Source: Mobula hypostoma
Lineage: Eukaryota
Direction: 5' to 3'
DNA length: 64,000 nt
NCBI RefSeq assembly: GCF_963921235.1
Contig: NC_086097.1
Location: forward strand, 190,528,001-190,592,000
This document shows positions 23,545 to 36,899 of this stretch, piece by piece. Position 1 is the stretch's first letter. Every line of letters begins with the position of its first letter. The translations under genes and the position numbers were made by a program. The notes beneath the pieces are model-generated. The model ran no database searches. It saw only the letters and a list, made by a program, of their open reading frames with translations, and was not told where the DNA came from.

Positions 23545-25218
23545 AGAAGGTCATGAACTTTAAATTCTTCAATGTTATCATTTCAGAGGACATGTCCTGT
23601 TCCAAGAATACATGTACAATTACAAAGAAAGCACAGCAGCACCCCTACTTGCAAAGACTCAGCATGAGATGTAACATTTTGACAAACTTCTACAGATGTA
23701 TGGTGGAGAATATATTCACTGGACGTGTTATGGCTTTGTATGGAAACACCAACGCCCTTGAAAAGAAAATATTACAGAAAGTAGAGGAAACATCCAGTCC
23801 ATCACAGTTAAAGCCTTCCCCACCGTTGAGCGCATCTCCTTGAAGAGCTGTCACAGGAAAGCAGCATTCATCATCAGGAAGCCCACAACCCAGGCCATGC
23901 TCTCTTTTCACTGTTGCCATTGGGAAGGTGGTACAGGAGCCTCAGGACCCCCACCACCAGGTCCAGGAACAGTTATTGCCCCTCAACCAACAGGCTGTTG
24001 AACCAGTGAGGATAACTTCACTTACCCCATCTCTAAACTTTTTCCACAATCTATGAACTCACTTTCAAGGCTGATCGGATGACACGAAGCTGGGCGGCAG
24101 TGTTTGCTATGAGGAGGATGCTAAGAGGATGCAGGGTGACTTGGATAGGTTAGGTGAGTGGGCAAATTCATGGCAGATGCAATTTACTGTGGATAAATAT
24201 GAGGTTATCCACTTTGGTGGCAAAAACAGGAAAACAGATTATTATCTGAATGGTGGCCGATTAGGAAAAGGGGAGGTGCAACGAGACCTGGGTGTCATTA
24301 TACACCAGTCATTGAAAGTGGGCATGCAGGTACAGCAGGCGGTGAAAAAGGCGAATGGTATGCTGGCATTCATAGCAAGAGGATTCGAGTACAGGAGCAG
24401 GGAGGTACTACTGCAGTTGTACAAGGCCTTGGTGACACCACACCTGGAGTATTGTGTGCAGTTTTGGTCTCCTAATCTGAGGAAAGACATCCTTGCCATA
24501 GAGGGAGTACAAAGAAGGTTCACCAGATTGATTCCTGGGATGGCAGGACTTTCATATGATGAAAGACTGGATCAACTAGGCCTGTACTCTCTGGAATTTA
24601 GAAGATTGAGGGGGGATCTTCTGGAAACATATAAAATCCTAAAGGGATTGGACAGGCTAGATGCAGAAAGATTGTTCCCAATGTTGGGGAAGTCCAGAAT
24701 GAGGGGTCACAGTTTGAGGATAAAGGGGAAGCCTTTTAGGACCGAGATTAGGAAAAACTTCCTCACACAGAGAGTGGTGAACCTGTGGAATTCTCTGCCA
24801 CAGGAAACAGTTGAGGCCAGTTCATTGGCTATATTTAAGAGGGAGTTAGATATGGCCCTTGTGGCTAAAGGGATCAGGGGGTATGGGGGGAAGGCTGGTA
24901 CAGGGTTCTGAGTTGGATGATCAGCCATGATCATACTGAATGCGGTGCAGGCTCGAAGGGCCGAATGGCCTACTCCTGCACCTATTTTCTATGTTTCTAT
25001 GTTCTCAATATTTTTATTGCTTGTTTATTTGCTTAATTGCTTCTTTCTTTCTTTTTGTTTTGCAGTTTGTTGTCTTTTGCATACTGGTTGTCTTCTCTGT
25101 TGGTGTAGTCTTTCATTAATTCTATTGTTATTGGATTTATTGAGTACACCTGCAAAAAATTATTCTCAGGGTTCTATATGGTGACATATATGTACTTTGA
25201 TAATAAATTTACTTTGAA
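23545..25218 (+). mobile_element. Rex1/Babar LINE 3' part nested in Tigger, split by CR1
   Basis: NFKFFNVIISEDMS, ILTNFYRCMVENIFTG; 3' UTR resumes at 25001 and ends aataaatttactttgaac. Confidence 0.85.
24078..25000 (+). mobile_element. Relatively young CR1 LINE 3' fragment with open 260-aa ORF2 C-terminus
   Basis: ORF 24129-24911 contains QGDLDRL, RDLGV, PHLEYCVQFWSP, RRLRGDL; (TTCTATGT)n tail. Confidence 0.95.
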
Positions 25219-25498
25219 CATTAAAGCATCTGCCATTATCTTGAATGTTACAATGAAAATGAAGATTTGGAGGCTTCAATCATTGAAAGCATTGTATGAT
25301 GGTGGTCCATCATCTGCACTAGGTGTCTGCAAATTTTGTTCATTTACAGTCAATCAAAAGAACACAGCAGTGTATTGGCTGTCCATTGCATCTGACAGTG
25401 ATAGAGAAACCTGTTCGGGAAAGTTTTTGAAGTTGAAAAGCTGTTGCGTTGCACTGGGCCAATTCCACTGTCTCAACTTTGGAAGTCTGGTGCAGTGG

Positions 25499-26340
25499 TT
25501 CAAAGTTCAAATTAAATAATCGAAGTATGTATAGCATGTACAACTTTGCAATTTGCCTTTTTACAGGCAGCCACAAAGGAACCCAATAAAATCATCTAAA
25601 AAAAACCGTCAAACATCCAATGTGCAAAAAAAGAATAAGTAGTTTAATTAATAAAAACTCAATAAATAACATTCACAACTAAAGTTCACAAAAGTGAGTC
25701 CACAGCTACAAAACCAGTTCATCACTTCAGCCTGTCCAGGAACCTGTTAGTTGCAGGCCACAGCCTTAGTTCAGTGCAGATGAGTAAACCTCTTAGAAGT
25801 GTGAGCTGAACACCAATCTGTCCTTCATCTCCAACTCCAACACCCTGATCTTTTCAATCTGCCCTGCACTGAAATCAGAAAAGAAAACACCTCATTTGTC
25901 ACTCTCAGGCCTGGGCCCTTCCACTTCAATTCAACCCCAGGTCTGCTCCAACAACGGGCAAAGCACTAACTCATTCCTTGCTCTTGGGCCTGGGCCGCAC
26001 CACCTCAATTCGGCTCTTAATTGACCTGTTCAATCTGCCCCAGAGCTTAAATCAGCCAAACACCAGCTCATTCTTCATTCAAGCCCAGAACCTACCATTT
26101 TGATCTGGCTTCAAGTCCGCTTCAGCAATTGGCAAACATTGGCTTGTTTCTCACCCAGGCCTAACTGCCTTGATTTGGCACACTGTACCTTCGAGCCTCC
26201 AGTTCACCAAATTTTCCAGAACACCATAAAAATGCCAATTCATACAGGTGGTTCAAGAGCAGAACTCCAAAAGGGAAGTTCCAGACTAACGACTGCAGTG
26301 ATAATTGTTCAGAAAAAGAATGATTAATGGAATAGTTAGC
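25499..26340 (-). mobile_element. Unclassified non-autonomous element with Rex-like tail
   Basis: ttcaaagttcaaa tail and acaggcagccaca head resemble the Rex 3' end at 53445; internally repetitive, non-coding body. Confidence 0.45.
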
Positions 26341-26830
26341 AGTGACAAGCTGTCATCACAAATTGGGTACTTTGGTTGCAGTGGATAACCACGATTTTAT
26401 CTTTGCCTTAATATGTCCTTCTCTCTCCATGAAGAATTGCATTATGGTTTTTGGCTGTTGGATCCACCAGAGCTGACTTTACATGCTTTCAGTGGCATAA
26501 CCCTAGTGCACTGGGGTACAAGACCCAGCAGCTAATCTCAGCTGGCTTAGCCTGCCTGTCGAAGCACTGCACTGGGGTGTGGCCACTGTTGCATGCTAAC
26601 ATCTACTTGTTGGCACAGGTGACAGCTGAGTGTCCTGTGGGGCCAAAAGGTGAGTGTACTGCCCCAGCATGGACACAGCAAACCCCTTCACCAGAGGGGC
26701 TACCCTTCCCTGGACACACTATCTAGAATGAATTCCTCCATTGAAAACTATTAGAAAATAATGCATAGTTTTATAGTACAGTAGTAGCATTGGTAGATTC
26801 CAATTTGTACTGGATTACTGGATTTCCTTT

Positions 26831-27811
26831 ACTCTTCATGATTTTTATAAATGACCTGGATGAGGAAGTGGAGGGATGGGTTAGTAAGTTCGCTGATGAC
26901 ACAAAGGTTGGGGGTGTTGTGGATAGTGTGGAGGGCTGTCAGAAGTTACAGTGGGACATTGATAGGATGCAAAACTGGGCTGAGAAGTGGCAGACGGAGT
27001 TCAACCCGGATAAGTGTGAAGTGGTTCATCTTGGTAGGTCAAAGAATATAGTATTAATGTTAAGACTCTTGGCAGTGTAGAGGATCAGAGGGATCTTGGG
27101 ATCCGAGTCCATAGAACGCTCAAAGCATCTGCGCAGGTTGACTGTGTGGTTAAGAAGGCGTACGGCGCATTGGCCTTCATCAACCGTGGATTTGAATTCA
27201 GGAGCCGAGAGATAATGTTGCAGCTATATAGGACCATGGTCAGACCCCACTTGGAGTACTGTGCTCAGTTCTCGTCGTCTTACTACAGGAAGGATGTGGA
27301 AACCATAGAAAAGGTGCAGAGGAGATTTACAAGGATGTTGCCTGGATTGGGGAGCATCCCTTATGAAAACAGGTTGAGTGAACTCGGCCTTTTCTCCTTG
27401 GAGTGACGGAGGATGAGAGGTGACCTGACAGAGTTGTATAAGATAATGAGATGCATTGATCGTGTGCATAGTCAGAGGCTTTTTCCCAGGGCTGAAATGG
27501 CTGCCACAAGAGGGCACAGGTTTAAGTTACTTGGGAGTAGGTACAGAGGAGATGTCAGGCATAAGTTTGTTTGTTTGTTTGTTGTTTTTTTTAAAACGCA
27601 GGGAGTGGTGAATGCATGGAATGGGCTGCCGGCAACGGTGGTGGAGGCGGATATGATAGGGTCTTTTAAGAGACTTTTGGATAGGTACATGGAGCTTACA
27701 AAAATAGAGGGCAATGGGTAACCCTAGTAATTTCTAAGGTAGGGACATGTTCGGCACAACTTTGTGGGCCGAAGGGCCTGTATTGTGCTGTAGGTTTTCT
27801 ATGTTTCTATG
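26831..27811 (+). mobile_element. CR1 LINE 3' fragment
   Basis: FINDLDEEVEGWVSKFADDTK, RPHLEYCAQF; ttctatgtttctatg tail. Confidence 0.95.
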
Positions 27812-29638
27812 GATTTCATTTATATTTACATACATAATTTGTTATACATTTTGTCTTTTTTATATTCTTCAAAATATTTCCACGAAACTTTGGCTAATTG
27901 GGACAGCTGCTTATTTGGGCCAAAATATATTGGTCATGATTCGTAGAATCCCCTGTATTTGCTTTGTGTCTATTTAAAATCTATCCAATATTGTTATTGC
28001 CTTGTACTTTACCATTAAATTGGTAGCACTTGCCTCTCTGATGAAGGTACAGGAGAAGTACCATTGAAAAGCCCCAGCTCCACTCTTCTTTGCCAGCTTT
28101 TCATTATTTTATTATTTATATTCTTAGTTATGACTTTTGGGACAGATATATTTCTAAATCTACTTTAACAGTGTCTCCTTTGCACATTTCCAATCTATTG
28201 TTAGATACTTATTGTATTCAAATTGTTTTAGATTGGAATACAGAAAAAAAAGTAATTAAGTCCCTTAAGTCTGCAACCGATTTCATGGTTGATCTGTGAC
28301 CTATTTCAGAACTCAATATTTTTCACTGACATGGAATTAAAACTGAAATGGGCCCCTGATGCTATCAACAGAAGGGTGTTCCAAATTGCACCCATGCTGT
28401 GCACGCCAAATAATTTTCTAACTTCTCTGTTTCTCTAATTTTTGTTAAATTGCACCTAGTCTTAACTCCTGATGTTTTATTCAATTAGCCTGAGTTCTCC
28501 TTACTGTCTTGGAAACTTAAGTTACTCATTGACCTTCAAGACACGAGGAAAATTGACAAAGACATAAGAAGTAACAAGGACATGCAGTGATGGCCCCAAG
28601 TGTAGAGGAAGAGACCCTGAAGTGGAGCGTGATTGCCAGTCCTGTTCCACAGCCCAGCTGCATGGGTGTCCAGACTCTGTGGTAGAGTACATAGTTGTGA
28701 CAAGAATACACTAAGTCAAAAAAGCTTGAGGTCCAAGTCAGCACCCCTCAAAACAAATTCTGAAATTAATCAAAAGGAAGTGGGTAACAACCAGATGGAA
28801 TCTTGAAAATGTGATCTGCCAGATTCCAGATGAAATCTCTCAAAAATTCAAGACAATTTTTGTCACTTCATTGTTCAATGATTAGAAGGTAATCTGTACT
28901 CTTAAAATAGCATACTCTCCATAGCAGCAGGGCACATTATGACTGCCATTCTTCACTGTGCACAAGTTAGTCACACTGGTATAGCAGCTGCTGGCACTGC
29001 GACATGCCTCATCTAAAAGGATTTCATATGTCAATATGCTTGAACAAAATCTTCCTTGATGTTATATAGTGTGGAGTACAGGATTGTGAAAGACGTTGAT
29101 TGATGAAATATTACTCTGGCAACTACAAAGATAATTCCTTTCTCAGGATTTTCCCCTGAGCTTACAATACTTCTGATAGCATCCTCTAAGGAAGGAACTC
29201 CTACAAAAGGCTTAGTACAGTAAGTTCAGATAGTTCAATGAACCATCACTTCCATGTTGACCATTCACTGGGAACCTCCTATTAAACATGGACTGAATCA
29301 CAGACACATAGAAAACCTACAGCACAATACAGGCCCTTCGGCCCACAAAGTTGTGCCAAACATGTCCCTACCTTAGAAATTACTAGGCTTACCTATAACC
29401 CTCTATTTTGCTAATCTCCATGTACCTATCCAGAAGTCTCTTAAAAGACCCAACTGTATCCGCCTCCACCACTGTTGCCAGCAGCCCATTCCATGCACTC
29501 ACCACTCCGAGTAAAATAACTTACCCCTGTCATCTCCTCTGCACCTAAACACAAAATAATCTGCAGATGCTGGGGTCAAAGCAACACTCACAACACGCTG
29601 GAGGAGCTCAGCAGGTCGGGCAGCATCCGTGGAAAAGA

Positions 29639-29678
29639 TCAGTCAACATTTCCGGCCGGAACCCTTTGTCAGGACTGA
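29639..29678 (-). ncRNA. Hammerhead motif (stem I intact, core G8A)
   Basis: UCAGUC CUGACAA A GGGU uccg GCCG GAAA U GUU GACUGA. Confidence 0.65.
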
Positions 29679-30506
29679 AGAAGGAAGGGGCAGAGGCTCT
29701 ATAAAGAAGGTGGGGGGAGGGTGGGCTGGTAGGTTCCAGGTGAAAAACCAGTAAGGGGAAAGATAAAGGGGTGGGGGAGGGGAAGCAGGGAGGTGATAGG
29801 CAGGAAAGGCGAAGAAAGAATAGGGGAAAACACAATGGGTAGTAGAAGGAGGCAGAACCATGAGGGAGGTGATAGGCAGCTGGGGGAGGGGGCAGAGTGA
29901 CATAGGGATGGGGGAAGGGAGGGGGAGGGGACTACCGGAAGTTGGAGAAGTCTATGTTCATACCAAGGGGCTGGAGACTACCTAGATGGTATATGAGGTG
30001 TTATATGTCATATCAAGAGGCTGGACTTCATACCAAGTTGTCGAGCACCTCCGCTCCGTCAGCCAAAATAGACAGAATCTCCCAGTAGCCACCCACTTCA
30101 ACCTTGCTTCCCATTCCCATTCAGATATGTCCATACATGGCTTCATCTACTGCCATGATGCGGCTAAACTCAGGTTGGAGGAGTAACACCTCATATACCA
30201 TCTAGGTAATCTCCAGCCCCTTGGTATGAACATAGAATTCTCCAACTTCCGGTAATCCCTTCCCCTATCCCTATTTCACTCTGCCCCCTTCCCCAGCTGC
30301 CTATCACCTCCCTCATGGTTCTGCCTCCTTCTACTACCCATTGTGTTTTCCCCTATTCTTTCTTCACCTTTTCTGCCTATTACCTCCGTGCCTCCCTTCC
30401 CCCACCCCTTTATCTTTCCCCTTACTGGTTTTTCACCTGGAACCTACCAGCCTTCTCCTTCCCACCCTCGCCCCACCTTCTTTGTAGGGCCTCTGCCCCT
30501 TCTCTC

Positions 30507-30547
30507 TACAGTCCTGACGAAGGGTTCTGGCCCGAAATGTCAACGAA
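30507..30547 (+). ncRNA. Hammerhead motif (core intact, stem I 3' strand mutated)
   Basis: UACAGUC CUGACGA A GGGU ucug GCCC GAAA U GUC aacgaa. Confidence 0.7.
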
Positions 30548-33224
30548 TCTTTTCCACGGATGCTACCCGAGCTGCTGAGTTCCTCCAGCGTGTTGTGAGT
30601 GTTCCTCTGTACCCACTCCCCAGCATTTTAAACCTGTGTCCTCTTATGGCAACCATTTCAGCCCTGGGAAAAAGCCTCTGACTATCCACACGATCAATGC
30701 CTCTCATCATCTTATACACCTCTATCAGGTCACCTCTCATCCTCCGTCGCTCCAAGGAGAAAAGGCTGAGTTCACTCAATCTATTCTCATAAAGCATGCT
30801 CCCCAATCCAGGCAACATCCTTGTAAATCTCCTCTGCACCTTTTCTATGGCTTCCACATCCTTCCTGTAGTGAGGCGACCAGAACTGAGCACAGTACTCC
30901 AAGTGGGGTCTGACCAGGGTCCTATATAGCTGCAACATTACCTTTCAGCTCCTAAATTCAATTCCACGATTGGTGAAGGCCAATACACCGTACGCCTTCT
31001 TAACCACAGAGTCAACCTGCGCAGTTTCTTTGAGCGTCCTATGGACTTGGACCCCATGATCCCTCTGATCTTTCCCACTGCCAAGAGTCTTACCATTAAT
31101 ACTATATTCCACCATCATATTTGACCTACCAAAATGAACCACTTCACACTTATCTGGGTTGAACTCCATCTTCCACTTCTCAGCCCAGTTTTGCATCCTG
31201 TCAATATCCCACTGTAACCTCTGATAGCCCTCCACACTATCCACAACACTTCCAACCTTTGTGTCTTCAGCAAACTTACTAACCCATCCCTCCACTTCCT
31301 CATCCAGGTCATTTATAAAATTCACAAAGAGTAGGGGTCCCAGAACAGATCCCTGAGACACACCACTGGTGACGGACCTCCATGCAGAATATGACCCGTC
31401 TACAACCACTCTTTGCCTTCTGTGGGCAAACCAGTTCTGGATCCACAAAGCAATGCCCCTTTGGATCCCATTCCTCCTTACTTTCTCAATAAGTCTTGCA
31501 TGGGGTACCTTATCAAATGCATTGCTGAAATCCATATACAGTGCTCTTCCTTCATCAATGTGTTCAGTCACATCGTCAAAAAATTCAATCAAGCTCACAA
31601 GGCACGACCTGCCCTTGACAAAGCCATGCTGACTCTTCCTAATCATATTATACCTCTCCAATTGTTCATAAATTATGCCTCTCAGGATCTTCTCCATCAA
31701 TTTACCAAACATTGAAGTAAAATTCACTGGTCTATGATTTCTGGGGCTATTTCCACTCCCTTTTTTGAATAAAGGAACAACATCCACAACCCTCCAATCC
31801 TCCAGAACCTATCCTGTCCCCATTGATGATGCAAAGATCATCGCCAGAGGCTCAGCAATCTCCTCCCTTGCCTCCCATAGTAGCCTGGGGTATATCTCAT
31901 CCAGTCCCAGAATCAACAGACATAATAGAGGAAGCATGAATCAAGACAAAGTGTTTATGTAGGAAATTGTGACACTGCATAGATCACACCCCATTGACAT
32001 GAACTGTGACTTTGAGAGGCCAATTACTTTAAGGCCTTATATATAAAAAACAGACTTGTAGTTCCATTAGGGATTTCTCATTTCTAAATAAGGGTAAGAT
32101 TTATTGTCATTAATTTATAATCCTAAATGTTAGCAAAAGAGGAAGTTAAAGAAGGTGCCAGAAACTATGGTATAATGTTCTTATGATCTATAGTCTGTGG
32201 GGCATTTCGGAAATAAAAAAATCTTATTTGAAAAATAGGTAAATGCTATTAAATGGTTTCTACTGGGAACAAATATAATCAAATGGATTTATATAGACTA
32301 TAAACACTGAAAAATCCCAATGTTGAAAATGCCCCTGGTCTTTACAAATGAGATTCCTTTCTCCACAATGAAATAATTTCTTCAATTGGTAGAAGTCTTC
32401 AGAAACCTCTCCAATGCAAGGAGAACGGTATATTGAGAAGCATGCCATAAATCTGGTGCTGCCGCAACCCAGAATGATCCTGTAGTCCAGGATCTGTGAG
32501 TTACTGTGAGCCTGATACGAAGATGAAGAAGAAATAACACATTTGCCTGAAGACTATGATTTGAGTTTGAAAAGCAAAGATTGCTCATCAACAATCAGGT
32601 ACTATGTGATACTGCCAAAGACTCCCTGTCACCAGGTGCTTCACAGGAGGACATGTCTGTGCCTCTTGTCCTAAGGCCCACAAACCCTCCTGCATGGCCT
32701 GCTGAACATATTCTGTAGTTCCCTGTAATGAAATGTTGTCAGTACTTTCAACACCAAGGCATTACTGACTGAACAGTTCAGGAGCTAATTCTTTGAAAGC
32801 AGTGTTTGAGAACACTCTGAAGTGAGCTTTGAAATTCAAAATAACAGCCAGCTCTGAATCTGCCATCCAGCTCTCCTGATGTCAGCAGAATATTCCTTTA
32901 AGTTGAAAGAAAAGGACAAAAGCTGGCACACCATGTTTAAAGTTCTCATGAGATTTTTCCACAATAGTCACTGTGTGGAGTTTAGAGTTCATATTTTTTC
33001 AGTGTAAACTAAATATTGTAATAATTTCACTAGATTAGGCCCAACATCAGGGAAACAACACCTACAATGTGAATAGTGCATGGAAGAAGCTGGTTCTAAT
33101 TTTGTGGAAGACATGACTTTACTTGAGATAAACTATGTTAATGATTAATTTAGAGTGATAGCAAGATGGCAGCACATAACACAAAGACTGGTCTGCAGAA
33201 TCTAATCTCTAGGAGTTGAGATTG

Positions 33225-33745
33225 CACCTGAAGTAACATGTACAGTTTTGGTCATCCCATTGTAAGAAAGGCATGAATAAACTGGAAAGAGTGCAGAAAA
33301 TATTTACAAGAATGTTGCTAAGATCAGGAGGCCCAAGTTACAAGGAGAGGTTGGTCTTTAATCCTGCATAAGTAGGAGAATGAGGCACAACGTTATAGAA
33401 GTATTTAAAATTCTGAGAGGCATTGATAACACAGATGGTAAAAGTCTTCCAGCTGTCACCCCCAGAGAAGGGGAGACCAAAACAGGGAGCACAGGTTGGG
33501 GTGAAAGTGGAAAGGTTTAAAAAGGGACCCAAGGGGAAACTGCTTCATGCAGAGTATATGGAATTAGTTGCCAGAGGAAAATATGACAGAATCATTTAAG
33601 AAGCACTTGCATAGTACTTGGAGGATTGGAGTTTGGGCGATATGGGCTGAACACTCGAAATTGGAACTAGCTGAGTGGGCAATGTGATCCATGTGGACTC
33701 ACTGGGCTGCAAGGCCTGTATTCATGCTGTATTTCTCTATGACTC
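33225..33745 (+). mobile_element. Older CR1 3' fragment
   Basis: gtacagttttggtca...ctggaaagagtgcagaaaatatttacaagaatgttg; tttctctatgactc tail. Confidence 0.8.
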
Positions 33746-34339
33746 CATGTCCCAAAAGCTGAGAAAGTCACTGGAGAACACAGTTAGATTCTTTGGTTTT
33801 ATAACAGTGTGTTAGGAAAGTAGTTATGCTAGATCTTAATATTATTATTTTGGCCTCAACTGAAGTTACGTGGTCAATCAGTACAGTGAACTTTAGAAAG
33901 AATTCAAATACTGGAGGATGTACAGGGTTGTTAAAGGGGGCTTGCATGGAGATAATACAAAAACGAGACTACGCTCCTTACAACAAAGAAGATTAAGGAC
34001 ATTCTTAACAGAGACAATCAAAATAAGAAGGTTCTGATAAAATAAATAAGAAAAATATTTTCCTCGGTTGCATATCCAATAAGTGAAGCACACAAATTTT
34101 AAGAAAGTTACAGAATAAACAGAGGCACTAGACGGAATTAAGAATATTTAATAAACAGTTCTGAAAAGTGTTGTGACAGCAGAATCAATAATTATAATTT
34201 TCAAAAGGAAATTGGATAAATATTTGAAGGAAAGAAATCTGCAGCTCTGCTTGGAATGCTCAGGAGAGTGAAACAAATGAGATTATGTTTTCAAATATAC
34301 ACCATGTGTTACAATAGTTGTAAGCTCATTACTAGGGTG

Positions 34340-35900
34340 AGTTTTTCTAGTTAATTTTACAGGATCTGCAAGGCACTCACAAGGATACCATTTATTGCCC
34401 AACTGAACTACCCTTGAGAAGTTGGTGGTAAACTGCCTTCTTAAACTTTTGCAGTCTTTTTGTGCAGTCACGTCAATAACGCTGTTGGTTCCACAGTTGA
34501 GGCCCAATGATAATGAAGCAGTGGTGATCTATTTCAAAACAACTTTGATGTACGAGTTGCAGGTGATTTTGCTGGTGGTGTTAAAATGCTTGCTGCCATT
34601 GTACTTCAGGTAATGGCTGCAGGTTTGTAAAGTGCTCCCAGAATGGCCTAGGTGAATAACCAGTCCATTTTGTTGATGAAACACTGCGTGCACCGTAGAC
34701 TGGGGCTTTAGGAATGAACGATGATGATGGTTAATGGTGTACAAATCAAAACAAACTTCTTTGTCCTTGGTGGTGTCAAGGTTCAAATGCTGACGTTGTA
34801 TTCATCTAGGCAAGTGCAAAGTATTCTATCACACTCCTGGCTTGTGATTTGTTGACAGTATAAAGGCTTTGTGGTGTTAGGATGTGGCTCACCCAGCTTC
34901 TGACCTGCTCTTGTGTGCTCGAATATTTACTGTATGTAGTTGGTGCATCTGAGTTTCTGATCAATGGTGACTCCCAGGATGCTGATCACAGTGGCAATTA
35001 CCCAACACTTTGGTGGCTGAAATGTTACTTGAAACTTAAGCCCATGCCTGAATATTTTCCAGGTTGTGCTGACATGGCGGCATGGGCCGATTGTTTTACT
35101 GACAGGTTGTGAATGGAACTGAGCATTGTATAACCAGAGTTCCTCCTCCATTTTTGAACTTACATTGGAAACAAGGTCTTTAGTGATGCACTGAAAGTGG
35201 ATGAGTCTAGCACAATACACTAAGAAAATTCTGCAGTGAGGTCCTAGGACTAGGGTAATGATCTCCAACTATCACAACCATTTTACTTACTGAAACATTT
35301 ACCTAATGGTTCCAAACGTAAGGAAGCTTTTCCCTTGATGCCTGTTTCATTGAAGTGCATTGATGCCATATTTAGTAAGATTCTGCCTCATTTTCAAGCG
35401 CAACCCTTCTCACCTTGATTTTGGAATTCAGTTCTTTGGACAAAGCCTGTGACATCCCTACTCCAACAGTGTGAGGTTACTGGTGAATACATACTGCTTG
35501 ATATCACTGCAAGATGACACCTGATTACCCATCCTCTGTCACAGTCATAAACATCATGACCATGGTGAAAACTGTCCAGAGGCATCACAGTGTTTCAGCA
35601 ACAGCAGCAGCAATGTACGCATATCATCACAACCTGGGATCTTGTAGCCTGCCATATTCATCACTCTAATATCGCTATGAATCCTGTGAATCAACCCTAG
35701 TTCAATGATGATTGACAGTAAATAATTTGCACAGTACTTAGCCACACTGGATTTGTCTTATTTTGATATTGTAAGTGTACTGGAACTGATTGGCCAGAGG
35801 GGTAGCTAGTTTTAGACTGATCTCCAGCACCACGAAAGGAATATTGTATGGTCCCTTAGCCTTAGTTGGATCAAATGCTTTGAGTTGTTTCTTGATACCG
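34340..35900 (-). mobile_element. Old CR1/L2-type LINE remnant
   Basis: ISILGVTIDQKL motif; LDTTKDKEVC and HHHR motifs of the ORF2 C-terminus. Confidence 0.55.
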
Positions 35901-36899
35901 CAAAGGACCAAATCAGATTGATTTGAAACTTGAAACTAGCCTGTTACAAGGCATAGGAACATAGAATAGTGCAGGGCAGGAACAGGCCTTTCAGCCCACA
36001 ATGACTGTGATGACCATAATGTCAATCTAAATTGATTGCATCTGCCTGCACAATCTCTACAATTCTGGCCTGTTCAGGTGTCTGTCTAAATGCCTCTTAA
36101 ATTCAATTAAAGTTTAATTGTTATTCAACCACACACAAATACTCCAGAATACAGCCAACCAAGACAGCATTACCATTGGATCAAGGTGCTAAAACACTTA
36201 CCAACAGTCATACACAAGAACACACTCACAGAATAAAAGAGCCCCAGCATGCGCCCCCCATGACACTGCAACTTGATGCCCAGTCTTTGCACATACAAGT
36301 CAACAAATCCACATAGACCATCAGTAAAATGCGATGATGCAGAATATATATGTATGTAGACCAGACCCTTCAGCCCACCAATATTACATGTCGAGCCCCC
36401 CTGACTCCCACTGGGCAACATAGTGGCTGTAAGGCCCAGGCCTTGCATATTCAAGCAGAAATAGAATTTTAGTTAAAATACAACCAAACATTACTACCAT
36501 ATCTGCTTTTACCACTCCTACTGGCAGCATGTTCCACACACCCAGCATCCTCAATGCAGTAATTCAAGCTTCTGTGACGTGTCCTATCCCGACACTAATC
36601 TAGGCCAACCATCCCAAACAAGTCTATGCTTTTCCCAATATGAACAAATCCTGGCCCAAGAATCTTCCCCAATAATCGAAGGCTCACTGACCTACAATTT
36701 TCTAGATGATCCTGATCGCCCTTTTTAAACAATAATTGTAGGGATCTCAGTCAGAAGCTGGGATGGATCATCTGTTCAGCACATCTAACTAAACATAGTT
36801 GCAAATACCTTAGCCTTGTCACCAACACTTACAAGCTGGAGTCTGCATTATTTTTAAGGATGGGAATGTTTGTGGAGTCTCCTCTTCCTACTCAAATTC

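Larger units (their letters stand above)
23145..27955 (+). mobile_element. Non-autonomous Tigger/pogo-like DNA transposon expanded by nested insertions
   Basis: TA-CTGTAGATCCC...GAATCCCCTG-TA; repeated ttaattggg/tatttggg motifs at both ends; SWQEISSKTIQNCFVYCSF Tigger C-terminal motif; second copy at 63842. Confidence 0.75.
29548..30602. mobile_element. Penelope-like element with inverted arms and GIY-YIG C-terminus
   Basis: Inverted repeat 29583-30003 / 30184-30603; VEHLRSV...PVATHFN...RLEE*HLIYHLGNLQPLGMNIEFSNF; TSD tcctctgYaccYa at 29535-29547 and 30603-30615. Confidence 0.92.
29305..31890 (-). mobile_element. CR1 LINE (RT domain to 3' end) interrupted by a PLE
   Basis: ORF 30945-31787 with QHGFVKGRSCL, DFSNAFDKVPH, QGSVLGP, KFAEDTK; tail at 29305. 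Confidence 0.95.

Noticed and set aside
32330..32720. Tx1/L1 ORF2 C-terminal remnant (similar hint at 37640-37780)
   Set aside because: Resemblance too weak to call without a search
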